A DNA stretch of 63,085 nt, counting the filler, from Sphacelaria rigidula (lineage: Eukaryota), in the NCBI GenBank assembly GCA_964200075.2. It is 9 parts of 9 records of this genome, joined end to end, with 100 filler letters (N's around TTAATTAATTAA, not from the genome) between each part and the next. Parts side by side here need not be neighbours in the genome. Positions count along the whole stretch, not along the records: positions 49,146 to 56,065 come from CAXNAA020017398.1; positions 56,166 to 63,085 come from CAXNAA020017399.1; 7 more parts are not named here. The stretch is one strand, 5' to 3'. The notes under the pieces are model-generated. The model was not told the DNA's origin. It made no database searches and saw nothing but the letters and a program-made list of their open reading frames with translations. Below are positions 49,046 to 62,999 of this stretch, one piece after another. Within the stretch, counting starts at the first letter, position 1, and the number at the start of each line of letters is the position of its first letter. The position numbers were made by a program, and so were the translations under genes.

Positions 49046-52000
49046 NNNNNNNNNNNNNNNNNNNNNNNNNNNNNNNNNNNNNNNNNNNNTTAATTAATTA
49101 ANNNNNNNNNNNNNNNNNNNNNNNNNNNNNNNNNNNNNNNNNNNNAGCGGTTGATTCTCATTTCAAAATACGTTCTCATTTTTCTGGCAACCCTGTTGTT
49201 TGTGTTTTGAACTCGTTGTTTACAGTAGAGCACTCTGTGCCCCGTTTCACACGTTGCGTAGCAGGACATGCGAGTTGGACACAGTAATTGTTCGTTTCGG
49301 CAGGGACCCTAAACGGCGGACACCACTCACAGTACAGCGGGACAAAAACGGAGGTGACAGCGAAGTTGCATATGAGCTCGTCGCCAAGATCGACCATGTC
49401 TCCGAACTGGCGAATTTTAATCGACAACGCGCTCGTTAGCGTGACCTGTGTTCCAGTACAATATAAGGCGACGGGGCAAGGGCTAGTATGCTCAGTCTGA
49501 GTCTGAACGGCACGCGTATTCAAAATGATTGTGGCGACACTCTGCGGCCGTTGGTGTAACACTTTTGGATCAGCCATTACGTTTCAGTAGTGAAAAAAAC
49601 TATCTAAATTGCGCCTTCGCATGATGGTAGACATCATATCTCGAGACACAACGCCACCTGTCCATTCTGTGGCCTGCAATTATTTCAATTCCAAGCTTCG
49701 GCACCCCCCTCTGTACGAATACGTTTGTAACGTTGACGGGCATGTACATTTAATATCCGTACCCGAATTCAGAGTTCATATCAGAGGAGGTACGTTTTAG
49801 ATGTTTTTTGCGGATGGACACACAAGGAAACGCCTCAACGCGTGGGTAAAGATATAAATAATGCGCACGAGTTTGAGCGAAGTAACGGTGAGATGTGAAC
49901 TTCGAGATCCTTTCTTCACGGTAGTTGTCAAACCTCACCACGACCACAGAGAAGGGTACCCAAAACATGGTCTCTTGAAGCAGGAAGCACGTATTTTCAG
50001 AGACCTTGTCGGCATTTCTGAAATGATTTAGAAGAATACGGGGAGGGCACATCCGGCAAACAGGTGCTCAGCTGAGCGTGTTTGGCGATGGCACAGGAAG
50101 GTTTTGTGATGAATGTACAAAGAGAGGGGTGATACCATCACAACGGTGACGCTTTCCAAATGGACCGCAGTATGCGTGCAACTTAGTTTCGCTCTAACGC
50201 GACAGGCTGTTATTTCTGCATGGATGCCACGTAACGTTTTAGCCCCATACCCAACCTGATCGAGATGAAGCACGATGGTACGTAGATGTTCTTATCGAGC
50301 GATGGCCTGTCATGCAGAGGGCATGTGGCGATGACTCTCCGCTAGGATGAAGTTATCCCCATCGAGACAATCATAAACAAACGTTCATGGCACCCTCCCT
50401 ACTTTACCTGTAGTGATCTGTCCTGGCCAAGACCACGGTCATTGCGATGAGCATGGGTATCATGCCCTGAATATACCACAAGATCACGCCGCGAGTGCCT
50501 AACATCGGTCCCATCTTCTTCCGGAGGTCTGCATGGCATGGTATTCGTTCAACGTTCAGGACGGGGATAGGCGTGAGATCCAGTACGTGCTCCCAGAAAG
50601 GAACTCAAGTATGTGAACCCCCAACTCCACTTCTCCACTCAGCCCTTAATTTCTCCCATGGGGTTGGCGTTTGTTGGTAATGGCGCTGTAAAAATCCCAC
50701 TCACTGCGTAATCTATACAACGGGGTTACTGTTTTCGCTCGTATTTTTTTTGCGGCAATCGTGATGGTGGTCGAGCTAGATCATATTGTGCGGGGTGGGA
50801 GAACCTCATTTCCGCGCAAAAGGGATGGTCACATTACGCAGGGTACGTATGGTGAAATGTTGCAAAAATCTAGACGATGCAGTCTATGTTCATTGTGTTT
50901 GAATGAAGTCGTTGCAACAAAAGATAGCGGTACAATCTGTTACGGTTCAACGAAATGACGAACCATGTAAGATCGTTTCATTAGTATCCTTTTCACGGAG
51001 AGTACCCCTTTTGTGTTGATTTATAGCGACCTGTTTGAATGACGCTTCAAGTAGGGTATTGCTGGAGTAGGCGTGTTGCCATGATTTGTCAATGAAAGAT
51101 ACTCTAGCAGAGTATTGAGGCCACGTAAGCTAAAACATATATTGTGTGCACGTTTGCAGTTGATCCAAGCTAGGGAACTGACAAGGCTACCGCGTCGCCA
51201 GTAGCGGGATTAAATTGAATGATACGATTAGACCCTACGTACGTGTAGAGTGTTTGCTTCTTTTTCCAGGATTGAGCATGTTTGTAACCGGTGGTTCCTA
51301 TCGCCCTTGCAATCACTCTCCCAAGCATACCGAGCTTACCCAGCTCTTCTTCATTTCCTCAGCACTCTGCTTGCAAAAGAGGCTGCTTGATTTTGTTCGG
51401 CCAAAGTGAAGAGCCCCAGACACCATTTTTTGTCTCTTGACTTTCTGTCTGCTGCAGAAGCTAGTGGTTTGACTACCACTGTGCAACGTCTGCTATACCA
51501 TACTGTCTTCGAGACAGTAGTCGGTCTGTTTCGAGAACGGTATCAAACACCACGAGCCACGAATGATTTCCAACAGGTTTTGAGCCTTCGATTCGCGACC
51601 ACGTCAGGTTATCGGCCTTCGATTCGAGACTACGATGGTCAGCACAAGCGCAGGGACGTCACGTCAAGGTCGTCTCAGCAGCATCACCCAGAAGACCAAG
51701 AAATCAGATGCTTTCGAAGGATCTGCAGATGTGAATATGAAGGTTTTCAAATATAACTTGAGGCAGATGAACACATCGGGAGAGCCATCTGTGACTCCAC
51801 TCATCAGGAGTATCAACGAGCTCGATGGTACGAATTTCGCCGAGTGGACGCGCTCCACGCGCGCGAGAATCTCCTTAACTCATCCGGGGATCTCTGCTAT
51901 CCTCAAGGGGGTCGAACGCTCCCCGAAACTTTATGATGGAGATTTTTCCGAGGTAGATCACCCACAACCAGCTGCCAGATCGACATCAAGAATAAGTCCC

Positions 52001-52934
52001 ATTGCGACCCGTTCCAGAAGCCATCAGAAGCCGCCCGCTCATTCGCCATCACCATCGGTGGGGGCAACCGCGACGAGCGAGACGACAATAGCGGCGGGTG
52101 GTACTGAAATTGCTTGTGATCAAGCCTAACCTCCTGTTCAAGAAGTGCCTGGTCATCTCAGCGTGGAGTCACATGTGAGACAAATTCTGAACACGTGTGA
52201 GATAGCCCCCCTCCCCAAAAAAAGTGCATAGTTTTGGGAGGCAAAACCTTTACGTAAATCGAAATGGGAAAAGCCGTGCGCAACGAGCAGCTGGGAATCC
52301 CCAGGTTTGGGTTCTTTCTAGCCAATGTCGCCAATATGAGGCGCTCCATGCAGCCGGAACCCAAACATCAGGCGCTGCGCTGTGCAGCCATTTTTTTTGT
52401 GACGCTTTCGGGCTGGTTTTGGGGGGGCTATTGTAGAAAGTGTCTGCGACAGCTGGACACCATGACCATGTCGCCAGGACAAGACCCGGATGTTTTTCTA
52501 GCAAACGTATCCCAGCTCCGAGACGAGCTCGTGCACATTGGCGAGCCCATTTCCGACGATTGACTTACTGACATCATCGTCGAGGGTCTAACCAGCAAAT
52601 AGGACCAAATAAAATATAACGAAGAACGAGATCCACACTTCAGCATCGGGGAAATCGAAAGTACCCTACGCAACATGTATGACAATAGATTGACGAGGAT
52701 CGTAACTGCGAGCAGATCACATGGCCGTGATTCATCAATGCTGGCGGCAGCAGTCTCGAACTCCTCGAATCGACCCGCGAAATTTCGCGAAAACTGCTAC
52801 TCCTGTGGAAACCCAGGTCATCGTATGCGTGACTGCCGTTCTAGAGGGCAGTCAAACCACCGAAACATGCCTGTCAAATGGTGCAGTCTTCACTGCACAG
52901 ATCAACACGACGATTCAGAATGTTATAGCCAACG

Positions 52935-52943
52935 CAACAACAA

Positions 52944-53007
<64 letters not shown>

Positions 53008-53025
53008 AACGACAACAACAACAAG

Positions 53026-53121
<96 letters not shown>
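52935..53121 (+). repeat. Compound (GAC)n(AAC)n microsatellite, in frame within gag
   Basis: Directly visible; encodes poly-D then poly-N. Confidence 0.97.
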
Positions 53122-53673
53122 AACTTCGACAGACGTCAACGCCAAGCTAATACTACCATCGTCAATCCAGCTTCTACGACCGTGACATCGAACAACCATC
53201 ACCAACACATTTTAGCAACGTCAGCTGCACCTGCGATCAATACCTGCCCACCATCGAACGGTATCGGATTTTCCTTCCTTTCAGGTTCGCACGTCACTAC
53301 CAACCACTGTACACCCGACGAAAGTTTCTTTAAGATGGCAGCTGACAGTGGCTCCAGCGGGCATTATTAGGATAATCAGCTATTGCAGGATATTGAACGT
53401 GACATGCTTGATTACGTGCAGCTCGATCCACCAATGAAAATTTCTACTGCTGGACGTCATCTCATACAGGGCACGGGCAGAGGCGTTATTAAAACCATCG
53501 TTACTGATTCTGAAGGAATCCAGCGCTCTGTTCAGCTTCCGGTTGTGATTGTTCCAGGTCTGGTGAGACATCTGTTCTCTCCCATAGAGACAGTAACAAA
53601 AGGAGTGTCAACCGTCTTTTCGGGTGATTCCTACGTAGACCTCGGAGACTCTAAAATTACGATCAGGAACTAA

Positions 53674-54113
53674 CACGGGATCTTACTAAGTGGGGATGAA
53701 TCATTTATTGGGGATGAGAAACCCGGAGGATTAAAATCTTCGTATCCACACGAAATCTTCGAAGTCTGGTTCCATTTCTTCACCTACTGATAGCTATTGA
53801 CAACCGCTACACGCCGTACAAGTTCGGATTTCGATCACCAAAATGTTGGGGTCTTAGGTAAAAATATTGTTGTGGGGAATCTCGGGTGTCCGAACGGACG
53901 TAAAAATGGTTCCGAAATTGTTTTTTTACCCAGGACCCCAACCTTTCGGTGATCGAAATCCAAATGTCTATTGCGTGTAGTAGTTGTCAATAGCTATCAG
54001 TAGGTGAAGAAATATGACCATATTTCGGAGATTTCGTGTGGATACGAAGATTTGAATCCTCCGGGTTTCTCATACCCAATAAACGATTCACCGCCAATTT
54101 GTAAGATCCCGTG
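53674..54113. mobile_element. 440-bp fold-back MITE, copy 2, inserted just after the protease of copy B
   Basis: TAA|CACGGGATC...GATCCCGTG|TAA. Homology to copy A stops before it and resumes after it. Confidence 0.9.
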
Positions 54114-55243
54114 TAAACTGCGGTGGAGCGTCACACTACATGAGCATGCAGGTTGCTCAAGATTCGAAAACCTTGAACAAAAGGATCGAGCCAGCATTCA
54201 CGACCAAGGTAGTATTCGGATGGTTTATGGGGATGGGCACAGCATTATCAGCCGCCCTGTCTCCGCCGAACATCAAACCGAGAGGAACCGTCAAAATCGC
54301 AGAACCGCCTCCCACAGCAGTCGGCAGAAAAGCCAAAACTGTGTGCCGTTCAGCCGGGGAAATGAGCAAGAGTCGAAACTACAGTGGATCTAGATCTTCA
54401 TGGGTCAAGCCTACGACTGCATGGATCAGCGCGGAAAATAAACGAAATTTGAAACTCCATGAAAAGAACAGGCGGATCAACTCTACAACCGCAGACAAGA
54501 GCAGGCGCGGAAATTAAAACAGGGGTATGGAAACGAACGTTTTTCCATTTTCTACGACAAAAATACTGACAACTTCACGACAGAAGAACCGCGATCATCA
54601 CCACCCCCACCGTAGCCAACATCAGAATCACCAGCAGCCCTATCGTCGCCATCACCAGCATCACCAGCAGCCGCAGCCCAATCAGTCGCACCGACACCAC
54701 CACCACCACCACCACCACCACCACCACCACCAGCGGCAGCATCAGCCCAAGATATCACACCCGGGCAGCTCCGACATCAAAGTTACGAAGACACGAGAAG
54801 AAAAAGGGTACATCAGAGAAGTGCTTGACATTGAGAAAAGAGGTCCTTCAGTACAGCAGCAGGGGCTAGCCACATCACCTGCCTACGTGAAAAGCGGGGC
54901 GATTGAACACCCCAGGAAAATCGAGCGCAGGAGACGCGGTAGAAAAGATCCCCATCAGCAAGGACAATCAGCACAACAAACGAGAGTAATCACCTGATTT
55001 TTCAAGAGGCATCCACTCGAAGTGACTCCACCAGCAAGTCCGAGGAAAGCATCCACTATCGATAAGCCAGCATCCAGGAACAAATCTTCAGCGCACTCGA
55101 GCATCACCAGCAACATCGCTCTTCTCGAAGCACAGGACGTACTACACCATCATGTCACTTGAACTTTGCGCGTTTCATTTGAAACGAAACACTTGTTCGT
55201 GCTATCAGGTGTACTTTGCTGTTCAGGAGATTTTACACCACCA

Positions 55244-55520
55244 CACACGTGGACAAATAACACCCTGTGGGGCACGTCTACAGGGTTCAGGGAAACTGTG
55301 CAGTGTTTCACGCGGGGATTTGACTGTAGGGTATTATTTTGTGCCACGTAGGGCGCTTCACATGGTTTCGTCACTCCGTGTACACACGTGGACAAATAGC
55401 ACCCTGTGGGTCACGTCTACAGAATTCAGGGAAACTGTGCAGTGTTTCACGCGGGGATTTGACTGTAGGGTATTATTTTGTGCCACACCAGATGCTTTAC
55501 AGGGTTTCGTCACTCCGTGA
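55244..55520. repeat. Tandem duplication, unit ~139 bp
   Basis: CACACGTGGACAAATA.CACCCTGTGGG.CACGTCTACAG..TTCAGGGAAACTGTGCAGTGTTTCACGCGGGG occurs twice. Confidence 0.9.
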
Positions 55521-55947
55521 CATTGTTGTTAATATGCTGTACAGCCTTTATAGTGCAATACAACATACTCCATACAGCATGGGCATGGTACTGGCGGAAA
55601 ACAAAGGTCGAGGAAGTGCAGTAGAAAGAGCTAAAGTCACGACTTCGTGTTCGCGAGTGCGACCGGTTGCACATTGAGCTACCTGATTTGTTGTTGACAA
55701 GACCAATATTTTGTGCTTCTAATAACTATCAAGCAAAAGCTATTGAGTGATTTTGGTAGACTGCGGACCATAGAGGATTTTCAATTTCGGTGCCCTCGAA
55801 GGTCCTTGTCAACATTAATCAGCCGATTTTAAATTTTGGGGTTGAAACAAAAGATGACGTTGAAGTTCCATTTCTCTATTGCAGGGAAGATACGAAAGAG
55901 TAACACAGATCGAAACTATCTTCCTTCCCAAACCTCCGCAGCAGGAG

Positions 55948-56057
55948 TTAACCGTTAGACCGCGAGAGTAGGTCACCTGCTGAATCGGCATCAATATTCA
56001 CTTGAAAAACGTACACGTGGCCCAGATGGACTACGGGCACCGCGGTCCAAGCATTAA
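55948..56057. mobile_element. piggyBac-like MITE with TTAA duplication
   Basis: TTAA|CCGTTAGACCGCGAG...CCGCGGTCCAAGCA|TTAA; same family as 30474. Confidence 0.8.
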
Positions 56058-56165
56058 GCAACTCTNNNNNNNNNNNNNNNNNNNNNNNNNNNNNNNNNNN
56101 NNNNNNNNNTTAATTAATTAANNNNNNNNNNNNNNNNNNNNNNNNNNNNNNNNNNNNNNNNNNNN

Positions 56166-56214
56166 CCAACTAGACTACTGAAAGTCAGCGCTGACTTGTC
56201 AGTAGTCTAGTTGG
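56166..56214. repeat. 49-bp near-perfect palindrome at contig start
   Basis: CCAACTAGACTACTGAAAGTCAGCGCTGACTTGTCAGTAGTCTAGTTGG. Confidence 0.8.
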
Positions 56215-57130
56215 TTGTCTCTTATACCGTCACAGGCCGTTGTGCTGCAAGTCGGGGTGACGGCTGTCGCGTGTTACATCGTTATGGCTGTGGTTTGATG
56301 TCTCCTGCCTAGCAGTCCATCTTCAACAGTCTCACGATTCAAGCGTGCCTAAAGCCATGTGCCGGGTCGGGTTACGCTATGACGTGAGCACACTCGAAGA
56401 TGGTCATACTTCCGGAGGGGTTCTCAACACCAAGATATTTGGACGTCCTCGTAAGCTTACCTGTACCTTTAGACAACACACGTCTCGATTTGAGTGGCCA
56501 CGGGGTCTTGAAACGCGTGCGCATTTCTTGCCCTGTGAACGGTTCCGCATGTATAGATTAATGATATTGACCACAAAATGTCATCGACAAACAACGTTGA
56601 ACCAGGCTCCATGTGCGCGCAAGGGGTTTAGGCCTGAGAGGGTCAACACCCCTCGTGGTATCAATCGAGACGTGGTGTGATACCGATCCAAGTTGCAGAA
56701 GATATTTCCTTTGATCCAGAAAAATAGATGTGCTTAATCCGGATGTGCTGTTGCAGCACAAACCTTCTTAACTTCCGTCTTTAATGATAAATGTGTGGCT
56801 GAAACGATGATCACTCCTGCCTTATTTCTCCCATCTCCAGAAATTGGTGCAATAACCCGGCGTGCTCCGTCCCGGCTTTGGAGGGATGTCAGATCAATGG
56901 CCTTATGATTATGGCATACAAGATCAAGAGTACAATCCCTTGAAGTTGGTGCATGCATGATTAGTTTTCACCCTGTTATCCACCGAGTGTGCAAAAAAAC
57001 TTCCCCAATCTCGCGTTTTATCGTACAATTGAGGGTAAAAGGAGACCTCTTCTCTCGCTCTTCCCCTCCCCCCCCGTGGTGGTACGCATATCAACGCGAC
57101 ATTTAGCGTGCAATTCACGCGTGTGTCCCA

Positions 57131-57310
57131 AAAGCCGAGGATTGTATCATTTTATTGTTCATATGGGGTTGAAAGGTGATTACCTGTGTCTACTCCCGGT
57201 GCCTCGGAGCTATTGGATGGCGAAAAAACGAGGGTTATATTATTTTATTGTTCACATGGTGTTGAAAGGTGATTACTTGTGTCTAGTGTCGATACCTCGG
57301 AGCTAATGGA
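57131..57310. repeat. Tandem duplication, unit ~95 bp
   Basis: TTTATTGTTCA.ATGG.GTTGAAAGGTGATTAC.TGTGTCTA...CCTCGGAGCTA.TGGATGG occurs twice. Confidence 0.8.
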
Positions 57311-57433
57311 TGGGAAAATGGAAATGTAACCCCCGGGTGTCGTCTTTTGTTTCATGTTTGGAGTTCACAAGACGACAACATCTCTCCCTCTCTCTCGGCC
57401 TCCTTACCGCTTCCATCGTCGGTGGTCAGCAGG

Positions 57434-57609
57434 ATGTCGACATGTCAAAAACTACGGAATGGCTGGGTGCTTGCGATGATGCTACTTCTTGCCGCGTTTC
57501 GGGAAAAAATAATTTATGTACCAGGGAGCAACGGTCGGGGCGAAACGAACGCGCGTGACCCTGGTGCTGCTGGTGACGAAGAACCGCTTACAGGCGTACG
57601 CAGTTACAG
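57434..57609 (+). CDS. Probable first exon of a type II membrane (Golgi enzyme-like) protein
   Basis: MSTCQKLRNGWVLAMMLLLAAF (short basic N-terminus + hydrophobic anchor); donor AG|gtatgg in phase 2. Confidence 0.45.
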
Positions 57610-59425
57610 GTATGGGTGCATTGGTGCATGTTGCGATGCTGCTTGGGGGGTCTCCGTCATCTCCTGAAGGCTTCATGATCACTCAATTGATGGCTGACCA
57701 TAAGATGTAGTTTTCCATCCACGGGCCCTGTGGTGATGACATCATACCAATCTCTCCAACGACCGGAAATCGCCGAACGGAGACACACAAAGGACACGGG
57801 CGAGGAGCTTCCTCTCTACCATTGCTCCACTGGTGGCACCATCATCAGCACACGTGTGCACAACATTAATTTAGGTGCTCACCATATCTGATTGGGTTAA
57901 CAGAAACAAACCATCCGAGATTCCTTACGTTTTGCAAAGTTTTCGGCAGAAATATTGAAAATTCGGAGGTAGGTTGAACCCCACCGCGATGATGATCATC
58001 ATGAGCATAGTCACATTGAAGTCCTTTCCGAGGATACCTTCTTCAATATTCATCAGCAGCAGCAGCATCCGCGCATCACCGCTGGTTTGGTGCTGAATAA
58101 TCGTTCTGTTTTGAGCGGAAGAAGTCGACATACAGCATTATTTCCAGGAGGTGTACGTTCAAGACCAAACCAGTCTATTTCTATTATACAAGTGCAGTAC
58201 AGAAACCAGCTACCACCACTCGGTTGTATCGTCTGGCGCTGCAGTAGAGCACAGTAGCAGAGTTGCAAAAAAAAACCTAACAACAGGTGTCCGAGTGATT
58301 TTTCAGCGACCTGACCCTTCATTATGATCCCCTGTACCCCTGAACAGTAGTATGTTCACACGGGACAGAGCAGATTACCCAAGGAAAATGTGCCCGAGAA
58401 CCCGCTGCACAGGTGGTTCGACGATACTTGAAGGCTTCATCCCAATTCCAATATAAACAAGATGTTCGTGAGAATAAGAACGAACGGGTTTTTGTTTAGG
58501 AAACAGGAGGTTTTTCGTGACTTATACCAAGACGGTCGAATCGTCCGAAACAGCCATCACCCCCCTATAAGCCCGTGATCTGGCGGGAATTTTGACACAA
58601 CCAGGTTTGAAATCGGTGACGCCTTCCATGGGATACGGCCGAAAAATTTGCCTCATTTGCTTTTGAAAGTATGTTTTGTCAAAACTCTGCACTGGCCACG
58701 TCGACTTTGCATATTTTTGCACAGAAATTCCTGTCAGATCACAGGCTTGCAGGGGGATGAAGGCCGTTTCGGACGATTCGACCGTCTTGGTGCAAATCAC
58801 GAAAAACGTCCAGTTCTGAAAACCAAACACATTCCCAATCTCAAGAACATGTCGTCCATTGTATAGTCGCTCATAAACCCAGGATTTTACGAATTGAGGG
58901 TAATGAGTGTCCGAGCATGAACCTTGGGAAACTTTATAAGCATCGAATGGTTCTCAAAACCAAAATGCAGATGCTTTATCCGGCCGTGATATTTGGCTAA
59001 TTTTCACAAAAGAATCTGTCCGTAGTTTGTAAAGCCGTGTGTTAAGAAGGGATTCTGACAAAACAAGAACAGTGTTTCGTACGTGAACGAACGGAAGTCG
59101 ACATTACTCGCCTGAAAAACGGGATTCCACAAATTGCGGGGAAAAAATCTTCGAGCAGCAGCGGGGCCGCAACTCACGGTCGGAGAGTGCATTCACGTTG
59201 TCGTTGTTGTTGTTTCAAAACTATTTCGATGCTTACGAAGGTTCCCACGGTTCACCCTCGAGAAGAAACCCAACCTCAATTTTCGAACTCCCGTGTCCAC
59301 ATCCAAACGGTGTCAGTTTCACATCTTGAATACACATGGATAAACGTTTGTGCCTGTTCTGAATTCACCCTCTTGACAACCTGCAAAACCTACAACGACC
59401 GACGTGGTGGCCGCACAACTCAAAG

Positions 59426-59711
59426 GGGACAACACGTCGCCGTGTTAGAGCGACCATCACCCCCTGCAACAACACCGACGACGACGACAACAACATTAGA
59501 CCGCCATCGCAGCTTGGGGGAGGCAGCTTGGCCGAGCCGCGAAGGCGCGACGTCGGATCTTTTCGTCAACTCCCCGGACCAAGCATGTGACGAGATGTGG
59601 GCGGCCTGGCCAGACAAAGTGGCGAGCGCGCTCCAAAATAAAAACGTAATCCTGTACAATGTGGTCACATCTGTCGGCAACGGATTTCTGACCCTTCATC
59701 AGGCCATCAAG
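59426..59711 (+). CDS. Probable second exon of the same gene (P/T-rich stem + start of globular domain)
   Basis: caaag|G acceptor fits phase 2; reads ...PSPPATTPTTTTT...KNVILYNVVTSVGNGFLTLHQAIK|gtaaac. Confidence 0.5.
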
Positions 59712-62424
59712 GTAAACCAGCTGTGCGTCCACGGCAATCACGCTTTCCCATGCGTTCTACTCTTTTTCATTTGTCATATCTTGATTGGCCCCCTGACTCT
59801 TGAAGAGACAAGTCCGTAGTCACAAGGCGTCCTCAACCGATTTTTGCTCTCCCGGTGTGTACTCACCGGATATGTTGGTATCACCGAGGATTGGATCAGC
59901 GCTCCCTCATCCCATTGACGTTGGTGAAAGTTCGGTCGATATACATATTCTCAAGTTTGCGGTGACCAAAATGATGTACAACTCAGTGAAAAAAAGACGT
60001 ATTTGCTACGATTGAAACCCTCGTCGTCGCCGACCTAACCGGCTTTAACGTGTACCAGGTGCACCGCCGGGACGCGACTGCGTTATGGGGGCAGATGTTG
60101 AGAGTGATGCTACGGTAGACCTGCACAAATAATCTCTGGGGTTTTGATTGGTTGGGGTTCTCCACCTCATCCAAATTCAACTTTCAAAGTATTTGAGGGC
60201 ACGCTACGATCGGCATTCCAATGGGCTGGGGATATCCCGAATGATTTTCAAGACAGCAATGTCCTGATCCATATCATTGCGTAGCTCCTAATTTAGAAAC
60301 TCCTGAATGAGAAAGATCTGGGCCCAAAGGTGCAACCCCTTCCGTGGCATGACTTTTGACTGTTCCAGGTACTCACGGTGTTGAATGCCAAAAATGTCGA
60401 ATATATCGGGGTATATGGGTATCGGGTGCTGAACATTCCACGTCTTGACTTCCGGGGTACACAGAGTGGAGGACTGTCGAAGGCATGAGCTATTCCAGGA
60501 CGCGTGTGATATTGACATGAGAGCGAACTGAGCCTTCCAGGGTACCTGCCCCAGAACACTGAGTCGCACTAGCATGCTGTACATATATATAGATGGATAT
60601 ATACTTCCTCTGTCCAGCGCTTGAGGGTACTTGATTTCATACGGACCCTCAACTGTGTCCGAATATACATCGTTTTGATGAATTCTTTGGCGTTTCTTTT
60701 ATTGAAACCACTATTTTTTAATTCAAAATGCCGCTTTCCGGACGTCACCGAACGGCCGAAATATATCAGTAGGCCCAATTATGACCGCATTTTGGTCCTT
60801 TTTCGGGGGCAAAAAATGTGAAAACGCGCGGGGAAATACCACAAAAAACGCCAAAACAAATGTCCAAAACTCTCCGTTTCAGCTAGCTTCTCGTGCAGAG
60901 GCTAGCTAGGCCTCGTCCGAGACCACTGTGGATCGCTTTCACTCGTGTTTTGCACGAAAACGGCGAAAATCTGTCGAATTTGGCAAAATTCTTATTTCAA
61001 GTGGCCAAAATTGGAGCGATTTTGATCCGAATTTTTAACCCAAAACATGCGTCGGATTTTGTCTTTTGTGCGTCATTGGCTCTCCCCTACTTCGCCAACT
61101 TTTGTGTCGTACACACACGCTGTTGAGGGTAAACGCTCCTTGTACACATGACTTCCCTGATTCATGGAACAGAGGGAGGTGATTGTGTTTTCTGGTCCTT
61201 CGGGTACAGGTTAGGCTTGAAAGGAGTGTTTATCAGGAGCGGGTGGTCCTCTGTAGAACATACATTTACCGGGAACGTCAGCGTTCAATAGAACGCCGTG
61301 GGTATGTTCACAACGAGGTACGGCCGTATACAGCCGAGCGTGGCGATGAAAACACCCACCCCCCTCCCGTGGTATATTGGGATGTTTGGTGTTATGTTGT
61401 GATGTCAACCTCTTAGCGGCCAGGTGTACACGTCTGTTGAATTGGCGTCGTTTTCAATCGGAATACTACTGTCGGACCAATAAGTCCGTCCGCGGGCACT
61501 CGCAAGGCTCGGCAACGTCTCTCGGGTTCCCTGCGTGTCACTACAACCGCGCACGCACGAAGGGGTTCGGTTCGGGCGTGGCCCATTTCATAGACACACG
61601 CCAAAGAAATCGTTTTAAAAGTTCCCGATGCTGTATCTGTCCTTTACACATATGTTGGCCGTTCTCTAGGAAACGCCTGTTCACCTTTTTATGCGTCGGA
61701 GCGGGTAGATCTCACCCCCGCCCCAGAATATATATATATATATATATATATAATACGGAGCACGGAGAATCATACGTAGAGCGCGACAGTCCTACCATGA
61801 TTCGGAGTCCAAAACATCATAGAGCCAGTTTCGTGAGAGAGGAAGATGATGAAATCACGCTAAAGCTTGCACAAAACGCCTTTTGATCATGGTTCATAGA
61901 GGTGATTGTTTAATGTTTCAAAGTGTCGGACCGAAATTGCAAAAGCGGACCATTTAATAGTCTAGAAAAAAAACACGTAGTAAGTAACCCTCCCCACAAA
62001 CTCGGCTCGGCTGACTTTGAAAACCGAGTACTCTCGAAAAGTGCGGACTCATCGTCAGGGACCACCTCATGGGAATTGTACTTTCGTTTTCGCTTTTTTT
62101 CTGGGCATCTGACACCGTTCTTGGTCCCAGGGAAGGATATATCGCCGCCACATGTCAAGGACACGACGGATCCTGTCTCTGAGAGAAGTTGACTGTAGCT
62201 CGCCTGACCAACTGACTAGGCTCCTAAGCTTTGGTAACTGCAACTTTGCGAAACTCCAACCAGGAATAAAAACATCCGGTTGTGTCTGCCGGAATATTCG
62301 CAGCATTTCCACCGGCGCCTCAACTGTTTTTTTTTCTCCAGTCGGGGTGTGGTCGAGTGGCCGGTTTTGAAACCTGGAAGCCTAGCAGGTCGGGCATGTG
62401 GGCTAGACTACTCTCAACGAGGGG

Positions 62425-62459
<35 letters not shown>

Positions 62460-62999
62460 CTGTACGGTTTCCTTCCCTGTAGCTCCATGATAGAGGCCTT
62501 CCGTATGTGTTTTGCTTTGCTTTGCTTTGCTTTTTTCCACTACATATTAGTCAGGCGGGTTGTTTTGGGGGGGTTCTACCCTGTCTGTTCTCCCTAGCTT
62601 CTCTAGTGTATCCCTCTCTCGCGTTTCCTTCAGCGGTTTTTCCCGGCTAAAGTACCTTGGATACATGCATCTCATGACCACGACAGCGTGCGTAGTGGAT
62701 GAATCTATGTTAATGTGTAAATGTCAAATCGAGTTTCCGCTTTTTGGAATTTGTTTTGCTCGTCTATTTACGAACCTCCTCGGGTGCTTACATGCGTCCG
62801 TCTTGTGACCGCGTCTGGCTCCTGGGTGATCCATATCCATTCGGTGACTACGGGAGACAGCTCATTGACAAAACAAGTCAATCCATTCAGCCAATCGACT
62901 TTACTCACTATACTGTCCTGTTCTACAATGCACCGTACGAATACCACCGTTTCGAAGATAAATTGAAAACGTAAACGGCCGAAGACTTGGGCGGGCGGG

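Larger units (their letters stand above)
50900..55150 (+). mobile_element. Copia-type gag-protease-only element, copy B (degenerate; left boundary approximate, 3' LTR not seen)
   Basis: LTR end TTCCAACA at 51575, PBS GGTTTTGAGCC, then MNTSGEPSV..ELDGTNFAEW, GQDPDVFL, CYSCGNPGHRMRDC, WCSLHCTDQHDDSEC, ADSGSSGH, VPGLVRHLFS, AFTTKVV. Colinear with copy A. Confidence 0.88.

Noticed and set aside
49146..50700. Decayed coding sequence
   Set aside because: Short broken ORFs with no recognisable motif or consistent frame.
52721..53208. Poly-T/poly-V/poly-L ORFs
   Set aside because: Alternative frames of the (GAC)n(AAC)n microsatellite.
59830..60580. Mutator-like transposase remnant on the minus strand (MYIDRTF)
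   Set aside because: A single short motif in broken frames, with no TIR pair that I could confirm.
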